Positions 1 to 13,164 of a stretch of DNA of 64,000 bases are shown piece after piece. The notes beneath the pieces were generated by a model. That model ran no database searches. It had not been told where the DNA came from and saw only the letters and a list, made by a program, of their open reading frames with translations. The DNA is from Octopus sinensis (lineage: Eukaryota). Position 1 is the stretch's first letter. Each line of letters opens with the position of its first letter. The DNA lies in NCBI RefSeq assembly GCF_006345805.1, contig NC_043020.1, positions 6,386,001 through 6,450,000 on the forward strand, in the 5' to 3' direction. The position numbers were made by a program, and so were the translations under genes.

Positions 1-2278
1 TACAACTACTACATACTTCCATCATCGATGGTGATGTTTATAGTAATTATGTCTATACCACTAATACTAGTACATGTACTAATACTAGTCAGCTACTATT
101 ACCGATATTTTCAAACACACACACACACACACACACAGCCCTTCTAGAGATCTAAATGAAACAGTCTGGAGAGATGGAGAGGCGGAGAGATGGAGAGGCG
201 GAGAGAAATGAGAAAGACTATGTGAAAGAGAGATAGAGATACAAAATCAGTGAGAGGAGAAAGAGAGAGTGAGAGAGAAAAGGCAGTCACATAGATGTGT
301 GTGAGTGTTTGTGTATGTTGCTGTATTTTGGGTGACTATGCCAATAAACACACACATATATATATATTATATACATACATACACATACATATACCACATA
401 CACAATCTATATATAGAGAGAGAGGAGAGAAAGAGAGAGGAGGAGAGAGGAAAGAAAGAGAGAGAGGAGAGAAAGAGAGAGTGAGAGAGGAGAGGAGAGT
501 GAGAGAGGAGAGAAAGTGAGAGAGAGAGGAGAGAAAGAGAGAAGATAAGTGAGAGAGGAGAGAAAGAGAGGGATGAGAGAGAGAAGAGAGGATAAGAGAG
601 AGAGAGAGTGTGTGAGAGAAGAGAAAGAGAGAGGAGAGAGAGAAAGAGAGAGGAGAGAGAGAGAGAGAGAGGAGAGAGAGAAAGAGAGAGGATGAGAGAG
701 ATAACAAACGAATAAGATACAAGAGTGACTAAATTAATAAGAATGTAAGATTCAACAACAGAATCAAAAAAAAAGAAGAAACGAAGAATTTATTTCAAAA
801 TACTACAAAATAAAGAGTTATTAAATTCTAACGAGGTCTTGGATTCCTAGATGCCCCAAAATATATTAGTGTCTTCCTCTCCGCTATACTTCCACATAGC
901 CAAGGGTGTTTTTAATCTTGGGAGTCAAAGGTTGACCTTACTAGTGCTGGGTCTCACAAGAAAGAAAACGAAATAGGGCCCAGTTGATTCCATAAAATCG
1001 TTGACATTAAGAAGGGCATCCAGTTATAGAAACCATGCCAAAGTAGATACAGGAGCACAACATGGTTGTCTGGCTGATTTCAGTCCATCAAACTATGTAA
1101 TTCGGTGGTTCTCAGCAAGGGCCAATATTGCTCTTAGGGGTCTGTTATAAGGTTTTATTGTTAAAATTCATGCACTATAAACTGGATATACTTCTACAAA
1201 ACTCTTTTACTCTTGTTTCAGTCATTTGACTGCGGCCATGCAGGAGCACTGCCTTTAGTCGAGCAAATCGACCCCAGGATTTAATCTTTGTAAACCTAGT
1301 ACTTAATCTATCGGGCTCTTTTGCCGAGCTGCTAAGTTACGGGGACGTAAACACACCAGCATCGGTTGTCAAGCGATGTTGGGGGGACAAACACATTCAC
1401 ACATATATACGATGGGCTTCTTTCAGTTTCCGTCTACCAAATCCACTCACAAGGCATTGGTCGGCCCGGGGCTATAGCAGAAGACACTTGGCCAAGGTGC
1501 CACGCAGTGGGACTGAACCCAGAACCATGTGGTTGGTTAGCAAGCTACTTACCACACAGCCATAAATACAAAGAAAATCAAACAAAACTACACAAGGTAT
1601 GTGTGTTGTTAGTTGTGGTTTTAGGCATAAAAGAATATATTCTCGATGTGCCTGGTTTAAAGAACACTCGAAAGTAAGTCATAGTCAAGTGAGAGAACTC
1701 ACATCAGGTCCTTTCTCGCAGCGACAGACATCGATGTTTCATCATTATCCTGACTCATCAATGCTGCATGCTGCACAAAGCCCGCTGCAAGTTATGTTGC
1801 CAGCTATGACTATATGCTAAATGGTTTTAAACAGCATCAGCTGGCATGTCCTAACATTCCATGCCATGGAAAAAATTCAAATATGAATATATATATATAT
1901 ATATATATAAATCAGAAATCAGAATCAAAATCAAAAGCGATCAACATCAATGGAAATTGTAGCTGTGATACCAGTGCCGGGGGCACGTAAGAGAACCATC
2001 CAAACATGGCCGTAGCCAGCCTCACCTGGCCTCCGTTCTGGTGGCACGTAAAAAGCACCATCTGATCGTGGCCGTTTGCCAGCTCTGTCTGGCTCCTGTG
2101 TCGGTGGCACATAAAAAGCATCCACTACACTCACGGTGTGATTGGCGTTAGGAAGGGCATCCAGCTGTAGAAACACTGCCAGATCAGACTGGGCCTGATG
2201 CAGCCTTCTGGCTTCCCAGACCCCAGTTGAACTGTCCAATCCATGCTAGCATGGAAAGCGGATGCTAACGATGATGAT

Positions 2279-2331
<53 letters not shown>

Positions 2332-2551
2332 TAATACATACACCAACCCATAATACACACATCCAGACCCCTCCCACGCACTTTTAGCTGGTCACTCAAC
2401 CCTTTTATCAACCCTATTATCTCCCCTTATTTCGCTCTCGCGTCTCATGTTTGATCTTTGACTCTGGCCGAAATCAGATCGCCATGTTGATTCGTTAGCT
2501 ACTGCACGCATTTTTTTCTCTCCTTCTTTCTGTGTTTTTCTCTCTCTGTGT

Positions 2552-2590
2552 ATCTTCTGTTGAAGAAGCGTGGCTCGAAACGTTAAAGAC
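2552..2590 (+). ncRNA. Degenerate hammerhead-like fold (family A)
   Basis: ATCTT-CTGTTGA-AGAAGC(GTG)GCTC-GAAA-CGTT-AAAGAC. Confidence 0.4.
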
Positions 2591-3468
2591 TTGTTTTATT
2601 TATATTTCCTGAGCGCCATACTAATACAATTGTTCGTTTGTCTTCCACCTGCCTTCGTCTTTTGTTTATTTTCATAAAGCTTCCCGTTATATATATATAT
2701 ATATATATATATAATATGTATATATATATATATATTATAGTTAATGCAAACATGAAAACACAACAATGCGAGGACATGGAACAAGTGTAGTATTATTGGA
2801 TGCTCAGGAAAGGAAATATAGGAGCACTCTGTTGGTTACGACGACGAGGGTCCCAGCAGATACAATTAACAGCTTGCTCGTGAAATTAACGTGCAAGTGA
2901 CTGGGCAATCCACAGACACACATACCCTTAACGTAGTTTCTCAGGGAGATTCAGCGTGACACAGAGTGTGGCAAGGCTGGCCCTTTGAAAAACAGGTACA
3001 ACTCATTTTTGCCAGCTGAGTGGACTGGAGCAACGTAAAATAAAGTGTTTTGCTCAAGGACACAACACATCACCAGGAATCAAACTCATGACCTTACAAT
3101 TGTGAGCCAAATGTCCTAACCACTAAGCCTTGCACCTTCACTATATAATATATATATATATAATATATATATATATATATAATATATATATATAGTAACT
3201 TCTATGCTGAAGTGGAGACAACTTGTTCTTTGTCTATCTCCTTAACTTCTTGGAGATTTTAGGTATAATTATACTAATGTGTCCATCTGTTCTAATTTAA
3301 TTAAATTCTATGTCTTTGTGCAGCTGAGGATTGCTCTGCATTTTAAATTGATGTAATGATTGCATTGTTCAATTAAATGGAGCTGCAAGAAACGATCATA
3401 CTGCATTACCTCTGGATATCCTTGTTGCTTATTTTGATTATATATATATATATATAATATATATATAT

Positions 3469-3521
<53 letters not shown>

Positions 3522-4194
3522 GAGAGACAAGAACAGATATCTGGCTAAAGAGGAGAGACGTAGCTACTCCAGCACAGGAGACGGAGAAAGGAGAGTGGAG
3601 ATAGTGGGGTATGAGAACCTCATAGTACAAGGTGGACAAAGAATGTGTGTGTAGATAGTATGGGTGTGTGTGTATGTGACTATATGTGTGTGTGTGTGTG
3701 TTTGCAAGCACACTTATGTCTGTGTGTCACACTGATTCTGCCTGTTTGTGAATGGAGAATGGCATGGTTGGAGACGGAGACAGAGATGACTGCAGTGAAT
3801 GGGGAACATTGGCTGGAGGTGTGGTCAACAGTGAATCACAGTCTTGGGGGAAGACAAAGGAAAGTGGGAGTGGATTGAGGGGGAGGAGGAGATAGGTGGT
3901 AGTACATAAAAGAAGAGTAGAGGGGGTGGGAGAAGAAATAGGAAGATGATGTGTAATGTGGTTGAGATGATGCACAGGGGCAGAGATAAAGGTCAGAGAC
4001 ATGTAGGGAGGACCACAGGGAATGACAAAAGCAAGTGGGGGGTGACACTGACAGTGGATATGAGGAGTGCTCAGGGGAAAGGGGCATTAACAGGCAAAAT
4101 AAAGCAGTAAGGGACGATATTGAGTGGCCAGGGAAGTGGTTCAAATGAGAGGGAGGGAATGAAATATTTGAAGTTCTATCTATAATTACAACAG

Positions 4195-4602
4195 TGCAGG
4201 AGTGGCTGTGTGGTAAGTAGCTTGCTAACCAACCACATGGTTCCGGGTTCAGTCCCACTGTGTGGCATCTTGGGCAAGTGTCTTCTGCTATAGCCCCGGG
4301 CCGACCAATGCCTTGTGAGTGGATTTGGTAGACGGAAACTGAAAGAAGCCTGTCGTATATATGTATATATATATATATATGCATGTGTGTGTTTGTGTGT
4401 CTGTGTTTGTCCCCCTAGCATTGCTTGACAACCGATGCTGGTGTGTTTACATCCCCGTCACTTAGCGGTTCGGCAAAAGAGACCGATAGAATAAGTACTG
4501 GGCTTACAAAGAATAAGTCCTGGGGTCGATTTGCTCAATTAAAGGCGGTGCTCCAGCATGGCCGCAGTCAAATGACTGAAACAAGTAAAAGAGTAAAAGA
4601 GA
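4195..4602 (+). mobile_element. tRNA-derived SINE family A, full-length representative (about 20 copies in the window)
   Basis: A-box TGGCTGTGTGG, B-box GGTTCAGTCC, CORE-like CTTGGGCAAGTG, internal (TA)/(TG) tract and AGTAAAAG tail. Other copies at ~1203-1561(-), 8125-8830(-), 19200-19985(-), 20305-20705(+), 25546-25938(+), 32876-33280(+), 35243-35640(-), 36750-37140(-) and 45760-46150(-). Confidence 0.9.
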
Positions 4603-5349
4603 GAGCCAATGAAATAGGGTCATAATTAGAGGGGTGAAGGAATGACAGGTGTTATGAAGGTGAACTGATTGGAAGCAGGGAACACAGACACTGACGATAT
4701 ACTTTGAGGACCGCAGTTTTTGCTGTGAGGGATGGGTCTTCTTGAGCGGAGTGAATCGCCATGTATCATCATCATCATCCTTTAATGTCCGTTTTTCCAT
4801 GCTGGCATGGGTTGGGCGGTTTGACCAGGGCTGGCAAGCCATGGAGCTGCACCAGATTCCAGTCTGATCTGGCTGGGTTTCTACAGCTTGATGCCCTTCC
4901 TAACATGCCGACCATTTTACAGTGTATGCTGGGTGCTTTGTAACGTGTCACTGGCACAAGTACTTTCTATGTCGCACCAGCACAGAACAATTGTAGGTTA
5001 ATCCTCTACCACCAGGGGATGTGTCCTTAACACCTCTGCTATGGAGGATGGGTCTTCTTGAGTACATCATCATCATCATCGTCGTTTAATGTCCGCTTTC
5101 CATGCTGGCATGTCTTGGACTATATATCTTTTACTTGTTTCAGTCATTTGACTGTGGCCATGCAGGAGCATAGCCTTTAGTCAAACAAATTGATCCCAGA
5201 GCTTATTCTTTGTAAGCCTAGTACTTATTCTATCGCTCTCTTTTACCAAACAGATAAGTTACAGGGACGTAAACACACCAACATCAGTTGTCAAGCGATG
5301 TTGAGGGGTACAAACAGACACAAACATATACATATATATACACATATAC

Positions 5350-5617
5350 GACATACCATACGATTACCATACTAATCATATCTGTCGGGCATGTGGAAGA
5401 GAGTGTAATATGGCAGGAGGACTTAAACGACATGCAAAGGTACATGAAGCCCAGTTACAACTACAGCCGGCTATTACCAGTAAAGGTCTTAGTTGCTAAT
5501 TTTGTACAAGACATTGTAGATCTTTAGCTGGGCTAAAAAGTCACATTCGGTCACAGCACCAATAACAGTCAAGCTTCATGCAATGGCCATACTCGATAAC
5601 GAGGGAGCAGCCATCAT
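5350..5617 (+). mobile_element. 3' fragment of an RTE-like LINE with two C2H2-type fingers
   Basis: HICRACGRECNMAGGLKRHAKVH...C*FCTRHCRSLAGLKSHIRSQHQ* (internal stop), followed by a short 3' UTR and CATCAT tail. Confidence 0.65.
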
Positions 5618-6234
5618 ATATATATATATATATATAGGTTCCAAGTTCACGGCTGAGGCTGAAGCCAGGGACCCGTAGTAGGCTTCCTAGTTAGCAGGTG
5701 TATATTACAGGAAAAAGGACAAGAAAACCAAGGCAGGGTGAGTATCTCAAGTCATTAAAAATATCTAATTAGAGTAAGGTGAATTTCTATATATTCTCTC
5801 TCTACACACACACACACATATATACACCCATACACACATATACACATACACACTCATACAGCTGCTTGTTTCAATTATAACTAATTTTGCATTGTTCAGA
5901 AGTCTTCTAATCCATTGAGTACTTGTGGCGAATATCACCACCACCACCCTCATCACCACCCTAACATCTTTTATGAAAGAAAGTGTTATTTATTACACTA
6001 AACTGTACAAAACATGCTAGCCGGAATCGGAAAAGCTGATTGGCTGACCAAGCTATGACATCAGCAGTGAGTGATATTGACAAACGTCCAAGCTTTTAAC
6101 AAAAGACAAACTGCCCATGTGACCAGTAAAGCCGGTCATAACAGAAGGAAACAGAGATCAAATAAGTTGTCTTATGTTCCAACATGCCGAGTAAACAATG
6201 GCGGGATTCAAATTTAGAACATAAAGGGATGAAA

Positions 6235-6732
6235 TCTTTACATATAAAAGTGAAGTTGTGTGTCTGTCTCCTACGATTTAGATTCCTAACTACTCCCACA
6301 TTTGGGGTGCAGTTTAACTAAAACCGGGTATCTTATAGTCGTGATTCATATCGAGCCCTTCTGGGTATTAGTGCGCGTCTACGATGAGTCTATGATTTAA
6401 AAAAAAAATTACCATCATTTTTTTCCATTTTAATGCATTTTTTCGCTATTATATAAGGGAAGTAACTCTCTAAAAATGTCTACGATGAGTCAACGATTTA
6501 AAAAAAAATTTACCATAATTTTTTTTCCATTTTAATGCATTTTTTTCGCTATTATATACGGAAGTAACTCTCTAAAAATGTCTACGATGAGTCAACGCTT
6601 TTTTAAAAAATTTACCATCATTTTTTTCCATTTTTAATGTATTTTTTTGCTATTTTTTGGCTATAACTCTCTAAAAATGCTTATATAGTTATTTCCCTTA
6701 CAAACCCGAGCAACGCCGGGTGATACTGCTAG
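6235..6732 (+). mobile_element. Non-autonomous Helitron-like element
   Basis: A|TC start, 3' hairpin CCCGAGCAACGCCGGG, CTAG|T end; no TIR or TSD. Confidence 0.75.
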
Positions 6733-6874
6733 TTTATATATAAAAAGCTGTAATATTCCGCGTGTGTGTGTGTCTTTATAGGCGGAGGCGTGGTTGTGTG
6801 GTAAGAAGCTCGCTTCCCAATTACATGGTTCCAGGGTTCAGTCCCACTGTGTGGAATCTTGGACAAGTGTCTTC

Positions 6875-7294
6875 AGATCTTTTCGGTTTGAACGGCAGTT
6901 TTTAACATAATTTCTAGATAACAAAAAAATTTTAAACTTCATATTCTGGTAGAATGTGTTTATAAAACATCTTTTCTCTTGGCTTTATTGAGAAAATTCT
7001 ATAGTTTGTAAGATATTTGTTGTTTTTTTTCTTCAATTTCTGCAATTTCAACCTATCACTGATGTCTAGTGAGGTAAAAAATATTCTGTGCCGTAAGACT
7101 ATGTCCCTCGTTTAAGAAACAGATTGGGTTTATTTACATTTGTGAAGAAAAAAAATATACCCTTCCCCCACCCCTAACTAACCCTAACCCTAAAAGAGAT
7201 TGAAATGCAATAGATCGATACTAGGGTCATAATTATGGGTGACAATTTCATATGACACCACTAGAAAAAACTGCCGTTCAAACCGAAAAGATCT
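6875..7294. mobile_element. TIR element (MITE) inserted into a SINE
   Basis: TIR AGATCTTTTCGGTTTGAACGGCAGTTTTT at both ends, GTCTTC duplicated at 6869-6874 and 7295-7300, internal TAACCC repeats. Second copy at ~40286-40697. Confidence 0.9.
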
Positions 7295-7811
7295 GTCTTC
7301 TACTATAGCCTCGGGCCAACCAAAGACTTACGGGTGGATATGGTGGACAGAAACTGAAAGAAGTCTGGCAGATATGTGTGTATGTTTGAGACTTTGTGTC
7401 CCTTTGTTCCCCCACCCCACCCCACCCCACCGCTTGACAACAAATGCTGGTGTGTTTACGTCCCAGTAACTTAGCAGTTTGGCAAAATATACTGATAGAA
7501 TAAGTATATATTTCTTTACTACCCACAAGGGGCTAAACACAGAGGGGACAAACAAAGACAGACAAAGGGATTAAGTCGATTATATCGACCCCAGTGCGTA
7601 ACTTGTACTTAATTTTATCGACCCCGAAAGGATGAGAGGCAAAGTCGACCTCGGCGGAATTTGAACCCAGAATGTAACGGCAGACGAAATACCGCTACGC
7701 ATTTCGCCCGGCGTGCTAACAGTTCTGCCAGCTCGACACCTTCCTGATAGAATAAGTATATATATATATACATGGTTTTTCCATTCTCTCTCTATTTATT
7801 TCCTGTTATTC

Positions 7812-7848
7812 CTTTCTGACAAAGAGCGTAGACTTGAAATGTAAAAGA
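7812..7848 (+). ncRNA. Degenerate hammerhead-like fold (family A)
   Basis: CTTT-CTGACAA-AGAGC(GTAG)ACTT-GAAA-TGTA-AAAG. Several of the changes are consistent with CpG decay. Confidence 0.4.
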
Positions 7849-8362
7849 CTTTTCCATTTTTTCCAAACATCAAACTAAATACACTTACTTATTGTTCCTA
7901 CACCGGTCTTCGTCTTGTTTTTCTCTAAATTTGAACTACACACACACATATGTATGTATTTATGTGTGCGTGTGTGTGTGTGTTTTGTGTCTGTTTTTGT
8001 CCCCCTGCCACCACTTGGGAACCGGTGCTGGTGTGTTTATGTCCCTGCAATTTAGCGCTTTGGTAAACGAGTACCTGACTTTAAAATTTAAAAAAAACAC
8101 AAAGTACTGCAGCTGGTTCATTCTCTTTACTCTTTTATTTGTTTCAGTCATTTGACTGCGGCCATGCTAGAGCACCGCCTTTAGTCGAGCAAATCGACCC
8201 CAGGACTTATTCTTTGTAAGCCCAGTACTTATTCTATCAATCTATTTTGCTGAACCGCTAATTTACAGAGATGTAAACACACCAGCAATGGTTGTCAAGT
8301 GATGTTGGGGGGACAAACACAGACACACACACACACACTAACAAACACATATATATATGTGT

Positions 8363-8645
8363 GTGCCGGTGGCACGTAAAAAGCACCATCCGATCGTGGC
8401 CGTTTGCCAGCCTTGTCTGGCACGTAAAAAGCACCATCCGATCGTGGCCGTTTGCCAGCCTTGTCTGGCACGTAAAAAGCACCCACTACACTCACGGAGT
8501 GGTTGGCATTAGGAAGGGCATCCAGGTGTAGAAACACTGCCAGATCAGACTGGGCTTGGTGCAGCCTTCTGGCTTCCCAGACCCCAGTTGAACCGTCCAA
8601 CCCATGCTAGCATGGAAAGCGGGCGTTAAACGATGATGATGATGA
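8363..8645 (+). mobile_element. Retroposon family C with a (GAT)n tail, representative
   Basis: TGGCACGTAAAAAGCAC repeats, GGAAGGGCATCCAGCTGTAG core and GGACGTTAAACGATGATG end. Other copies at ~1960-2282, 4765-4990(-), 14085-14620, 16240-16440(-), 25310-25520(-) and 60140-60320. Confidence 0.85.
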
Positions 8646-9129
8646 TATATATATATTTATACATATATACGATGGGCTTCTTTCAGTTTCCACCTACCAA
8701 ATCCACTCACAAGGCTTTGGTCAGCCCGAGGCTATAGTAGAAGACACTTGCCCAAGGTGCCACGCAGTGGTACTGAACCCGGAACCATGTGGTTGGTAAG
8801 CAAGCTACTTACCACACAGCCACTCAAAAATTCTTCAAGGTGGTGCCCCAGCATGGCCACAGTCTAATGACTGAAACAAATAAAAGTGTGTGTGTGTGCA
8901 TATTTGAAACAGTGGTCTTAATATATTCATTTCAAATTGAGTAGAAGAACGTCACAGCAGCCAGTTCTTGCATCAACAACCTCCATCATCAGCAATACGA
9001 CCACGACCACCACCATCAATGCTAGCAATAATAACAGCAACAATATTAATGACATTAGAAATGCCAATGTCACAGCAGAAGTGGAGTGGAAAGTTGAACA
9101 TCGTCAGAAATTTCTGTTGAAAGACACAG

Positions 9130-10110
9130 ACACACAAAGGGATGCACACATACAGACACATATACACATACATATATACACATACACACCATGACACACA
9201 CAGAAACACACAGTGACACAGACACAAACGCATGCAAAGACACACACACGCACACACACACACACACACAGAGAAAGACGTGCATGCACACAATGACACA
9301 CACACAGTGACACAGACAGACACAGACACATGCAAAGACACACACACACACACAAAGATATGCACACATACACATATACACACACACAGTCACACACACA
9401 TACTATGACACAGACACACACACAGGCAAAGACACACACACACATACACACACAGAAAGACATGTACATGCACACAGTGACACTCACTCACACACACACA
9501 CACTGGGGAATGCATAGAAGCACATACACCCACAAGCAGACACACTATGACACACAGGCAGACACACACAGAATCTACATACAAACACACTGATAGAAAT
9601 ATAATCACACACACACACACTGACATAATCACAGACACGCATACATACACTGACATAATTACACACACACACACACATATATATGCAGACATTATGACAC
9701 ACAGACACATATATGTAATCGTAGACATCACAAGAAAAACAAACACACACACAAATATATACATTACAATACATACACAGATTCACACATGCAGTCATCT
9801 CATTCACACACACTCATAATCAGGTATACACACAGTCACACACAACTGCTACATATACACACAAACACACAGTCAAATACACACACACACACACACACAC
9901 AGTCAAATACACACATAATTCAATACACACACTCAGTAAAACACACATATTACAACACATATGCACAATCACACACACACATACATAGTCAAATACACAC
10001 ATATTTCAACACACACACACACTGTCAAATAAACACACACAAACACACACATAAACACATACACAGGAAAACACACACATATTTCAACACACACACACAC
10101 ACACACACAA
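9130..10110. repeat. Degenerate (CA)n microsatellite field. Others: (GA)n at 150-720, (TG)n at 22910-23340, (TA)/(TG) at 42670-43050, 43580-43990 and 58900-59770
   Basis: Directly visible. Confidence 0.95.
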
Positions 10111-10289
10111 AGCAATCCACGGCTGTATTGTAGAGTATTGACTCCAAAGAGAAATCGACAAATATTGATTTTTCTCTTCTGTGTTCAGAGGAACCGTTTC
10201 CTCCGTCGAGAATAACAAGAATAATAATAATAAGAAGAATGGAGATTGGTACTTGTCACCAAACACAACCAGTCACTGTGGACTATGTA

Positions 10290-10342
10290 AGGTGGTGGTA
10301 GTAGTAGTAGTAGAGATGGTGGTGGTGGTGGTAGTAGTGATG

Positions 10343-10398
<56 letters not shown>

Positions 10399-10495
10399 GG
10401 TGGTGGTGGTAGTAGTAGTAGAGATGGTGGTGGTGGTGGTGGTGGTAGTAGTAGTAGAGATGGTGGTGGTAGTGGTAGTGATGGTAGTGGTGGTT

Positions 10496-10533
<38 letters not shown>

Positions 10534-11920
10534 GGTGGTGGTAGTAGTAATAGTAGAGATGGTGGTGGTAGTGGTGGTGGTAGTAGTGATGGTAGTGGTG
10601 GTGTAGTAGTAGTAGTAGTAGTAGTAGTAATGGTGGTGGTAGTAGTGATGGTGGTGGTGGTAATAGTGATAGTAGTAGTAGTGATAGTAGTAGTAGTAGT
10701 AGTAGTATTGATAGTAGTAATGATAGTGGTGGTGGCGGTGGCGGTGGTAGTAGCAGTAGTGGCAGCAATAGTAGTATATTGGTACTTGAAACAGTAAGCA
10801 TTGACATCAAGTACCACCATCACCACCACCACCGCCACCAATGATGACAACAACTACTACACTAACTGTAACATCACCACAACCACCAATAACAAGCACC
10901 ACCAACACCAACGCACTGGCATTAAGACAAGCAGAAACACCACCAACAACAACAACAACAGTAGCAACAACAACAATAGTAATACCACTACTGCCACTAC
11001 CTCAACCACCACCACCATCAACATCACCACCAATTGTAGCACCAACAGTAGCACCTCCTCCACCATGACCACCACCATCATCAAATGTCGGTAGAACTAA
11101 TAACTGTAGCAACATCATCAATAGTACCACCACCACCACCACCACTGATATCAAGCAACAACAAGAACAAGACCAATACCAGGAGCCTCTACCACCACCA
11201 CTACCACTACCTCGCCGTTATTGACCAGTAGCCCCATTACTGCCACCACCACCACCACAGGCAACACTGCCCATCGCCTTACCACCACCATCATCATCTA
11301 CAAGAATACCTATTTCTTTACTACCCACAAGGGGCTAAACACAGAGAGGACAAACAAGGACAGACAAACGGATTAAGTCGATTACATCGACCCCTGTGCG
11401 TAACTGGTACTTATTTAATTGACCCTGAAAGGATGAAAGGCAAAGTCGACCTCGGCGGAATTTGAACTCAGAACGTAACGGCAGACGAAACATGGCTACG
11501 CATTTCGCCCAGCGTGCTAACGTTTCTGCCAGCTCGCCGGAGCCTCTACCACCACCACCTTGCCATTATTGACCAGTAGCCCCCTTACTGCCACCACCAC
11601 CACCACCACCACCACCACCAGCAACATCATCTACAAGAATACCAGTGAGCCCCATCACCATTGCCCATAGCCCCAACCACTATCATCAGCAGCAGCAACA
11701 CTGCCTTTAGCCCTACCATCACCACCACCACCACCACCACCCACAAGAATACCAGTGGCCCCCACCACCATCATCTGCAACAATAGAACTTCATCACCAC
11801 CACCACCACCAACAACAACAACAACGGTACCCATACCACCACCACCACCACCACCATCAGCAATCTTACCTGTAGGACCACCACGTACAAGCATACCAGT
11901 GGCACCCACCACCACCAACA
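10290..11920. repeat. Compound trinucleotide tracts: (GTG/GTA)n followed by (CAC/CAA)n
   Basis: Directly visible; source of the spurious poly-V/T/P/H ORFs. Confidence 0.95.
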
Positions 11921-12287
11921 GTGGAGGCACAATGGCCTAATGGTTAGGGCAGTGGACTCGTGGTCAGAGGATCGTGGTTTCGATTCCCAGACCAGGCCTT
12001 GTGTGTGTTTATTGAGCAAAAACACCTAAAGCTCCACAAGGCTCCGGCAGAGGATGGTGGCGACCCTGTTGTACTCTTTCGCCCCAACTTTCTCTCACTC
12101 TTTCTTCCTGTTTCTTCCTGTTCCCGACTTCCTACGCTACCGCTGAGCCTGGATGCGCATTCATCCATCCGTCGATGCTCTCGGTGTCGGGGGTTGACCT
12201 GCTTTCTCTTCTGCGGGTCTTACGAATAGCAAAGGACCACATTTTGGACTTCTAGGACGAAGACCGCTTCGCTCAACAAACAAACAA
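11921..12287 (+). mobile_element. tRNA-derived SINE family D
   Basis: tRNA-like head TGGCCTAATGGTTAGGGCAG...GGTTTCGATTCC and (ACAA)n tail; a related copy lies at ~49955-50250. Confidence 0.85.
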
Positions 12288-13164
12288 GCACCACCAACAA
12301 CAACGCTACCCATAGCCCCAGCCACCATCACCACCAGCACTGCCTGTAGCCCCACCACCACCACCGACAAGAATACCAGTGGCCCCACCACCAGCACCAC
12401 CAGGCACCAACAACAGAATTAACTTCATCACCACCAACAACAACATAGCCCCAACCACCACCACAAGTCTGACAATGTGTCCACCTATTTCTCAGTGGCC
12501 AGAAGATGTAGGACTGGACATCCATACATTCGCACTAGGGACAATGTGATCGACTTAATCCCTTCGTCTGTCCTTGTTTGTCCCCTCTATGTTTAGCCCC
12601 TTGTGGGCAGTAAAGAAATATATAAGAAATATATAAGAAATATATAGAATTTACTGTTGTACCTGTGTTCAATGTGTAACAGTGTTTCTCAACTGGGAGT
12701 CAGTATGACCCTTGACGTGGGGGGAGAGGGTCCATTTCAGATTTTGTCATTAAAATATTTTTTTTGTTTGCTTTTTTATTATTTTTAATCGTTACAGTTA
12801 TTTGATTGCGGTCATGCTGGAGCACTGCCTTGAATAATTTTTAGCTGAATGTATCGACCCAAGTATTTATTTTGTTTAGTTTTTTTAAGAGCCTGGTACT
12901 TAATCTATCAGTCTCTTTTGCTGAACTGCTAAGCTATGGGGACATAAACACACCAGCATCGGTTGTCAAGCACTGATGGGAGGAGGGACACACACACAAT
13001 ATGATGGACTCCTTTCAGTTTCCATCTACCAAATCCACTCACAAGGCTTTGGTCGGCCCGAGGCTATAGTAGAAGAAACTTGCCCAGGGTGCCACACAGT
13101 GGAACTGAACCCAGAACCATGTGGTTGGGAAGCAAGCTTCTTACCACACAGCCAAAGGATTTTT

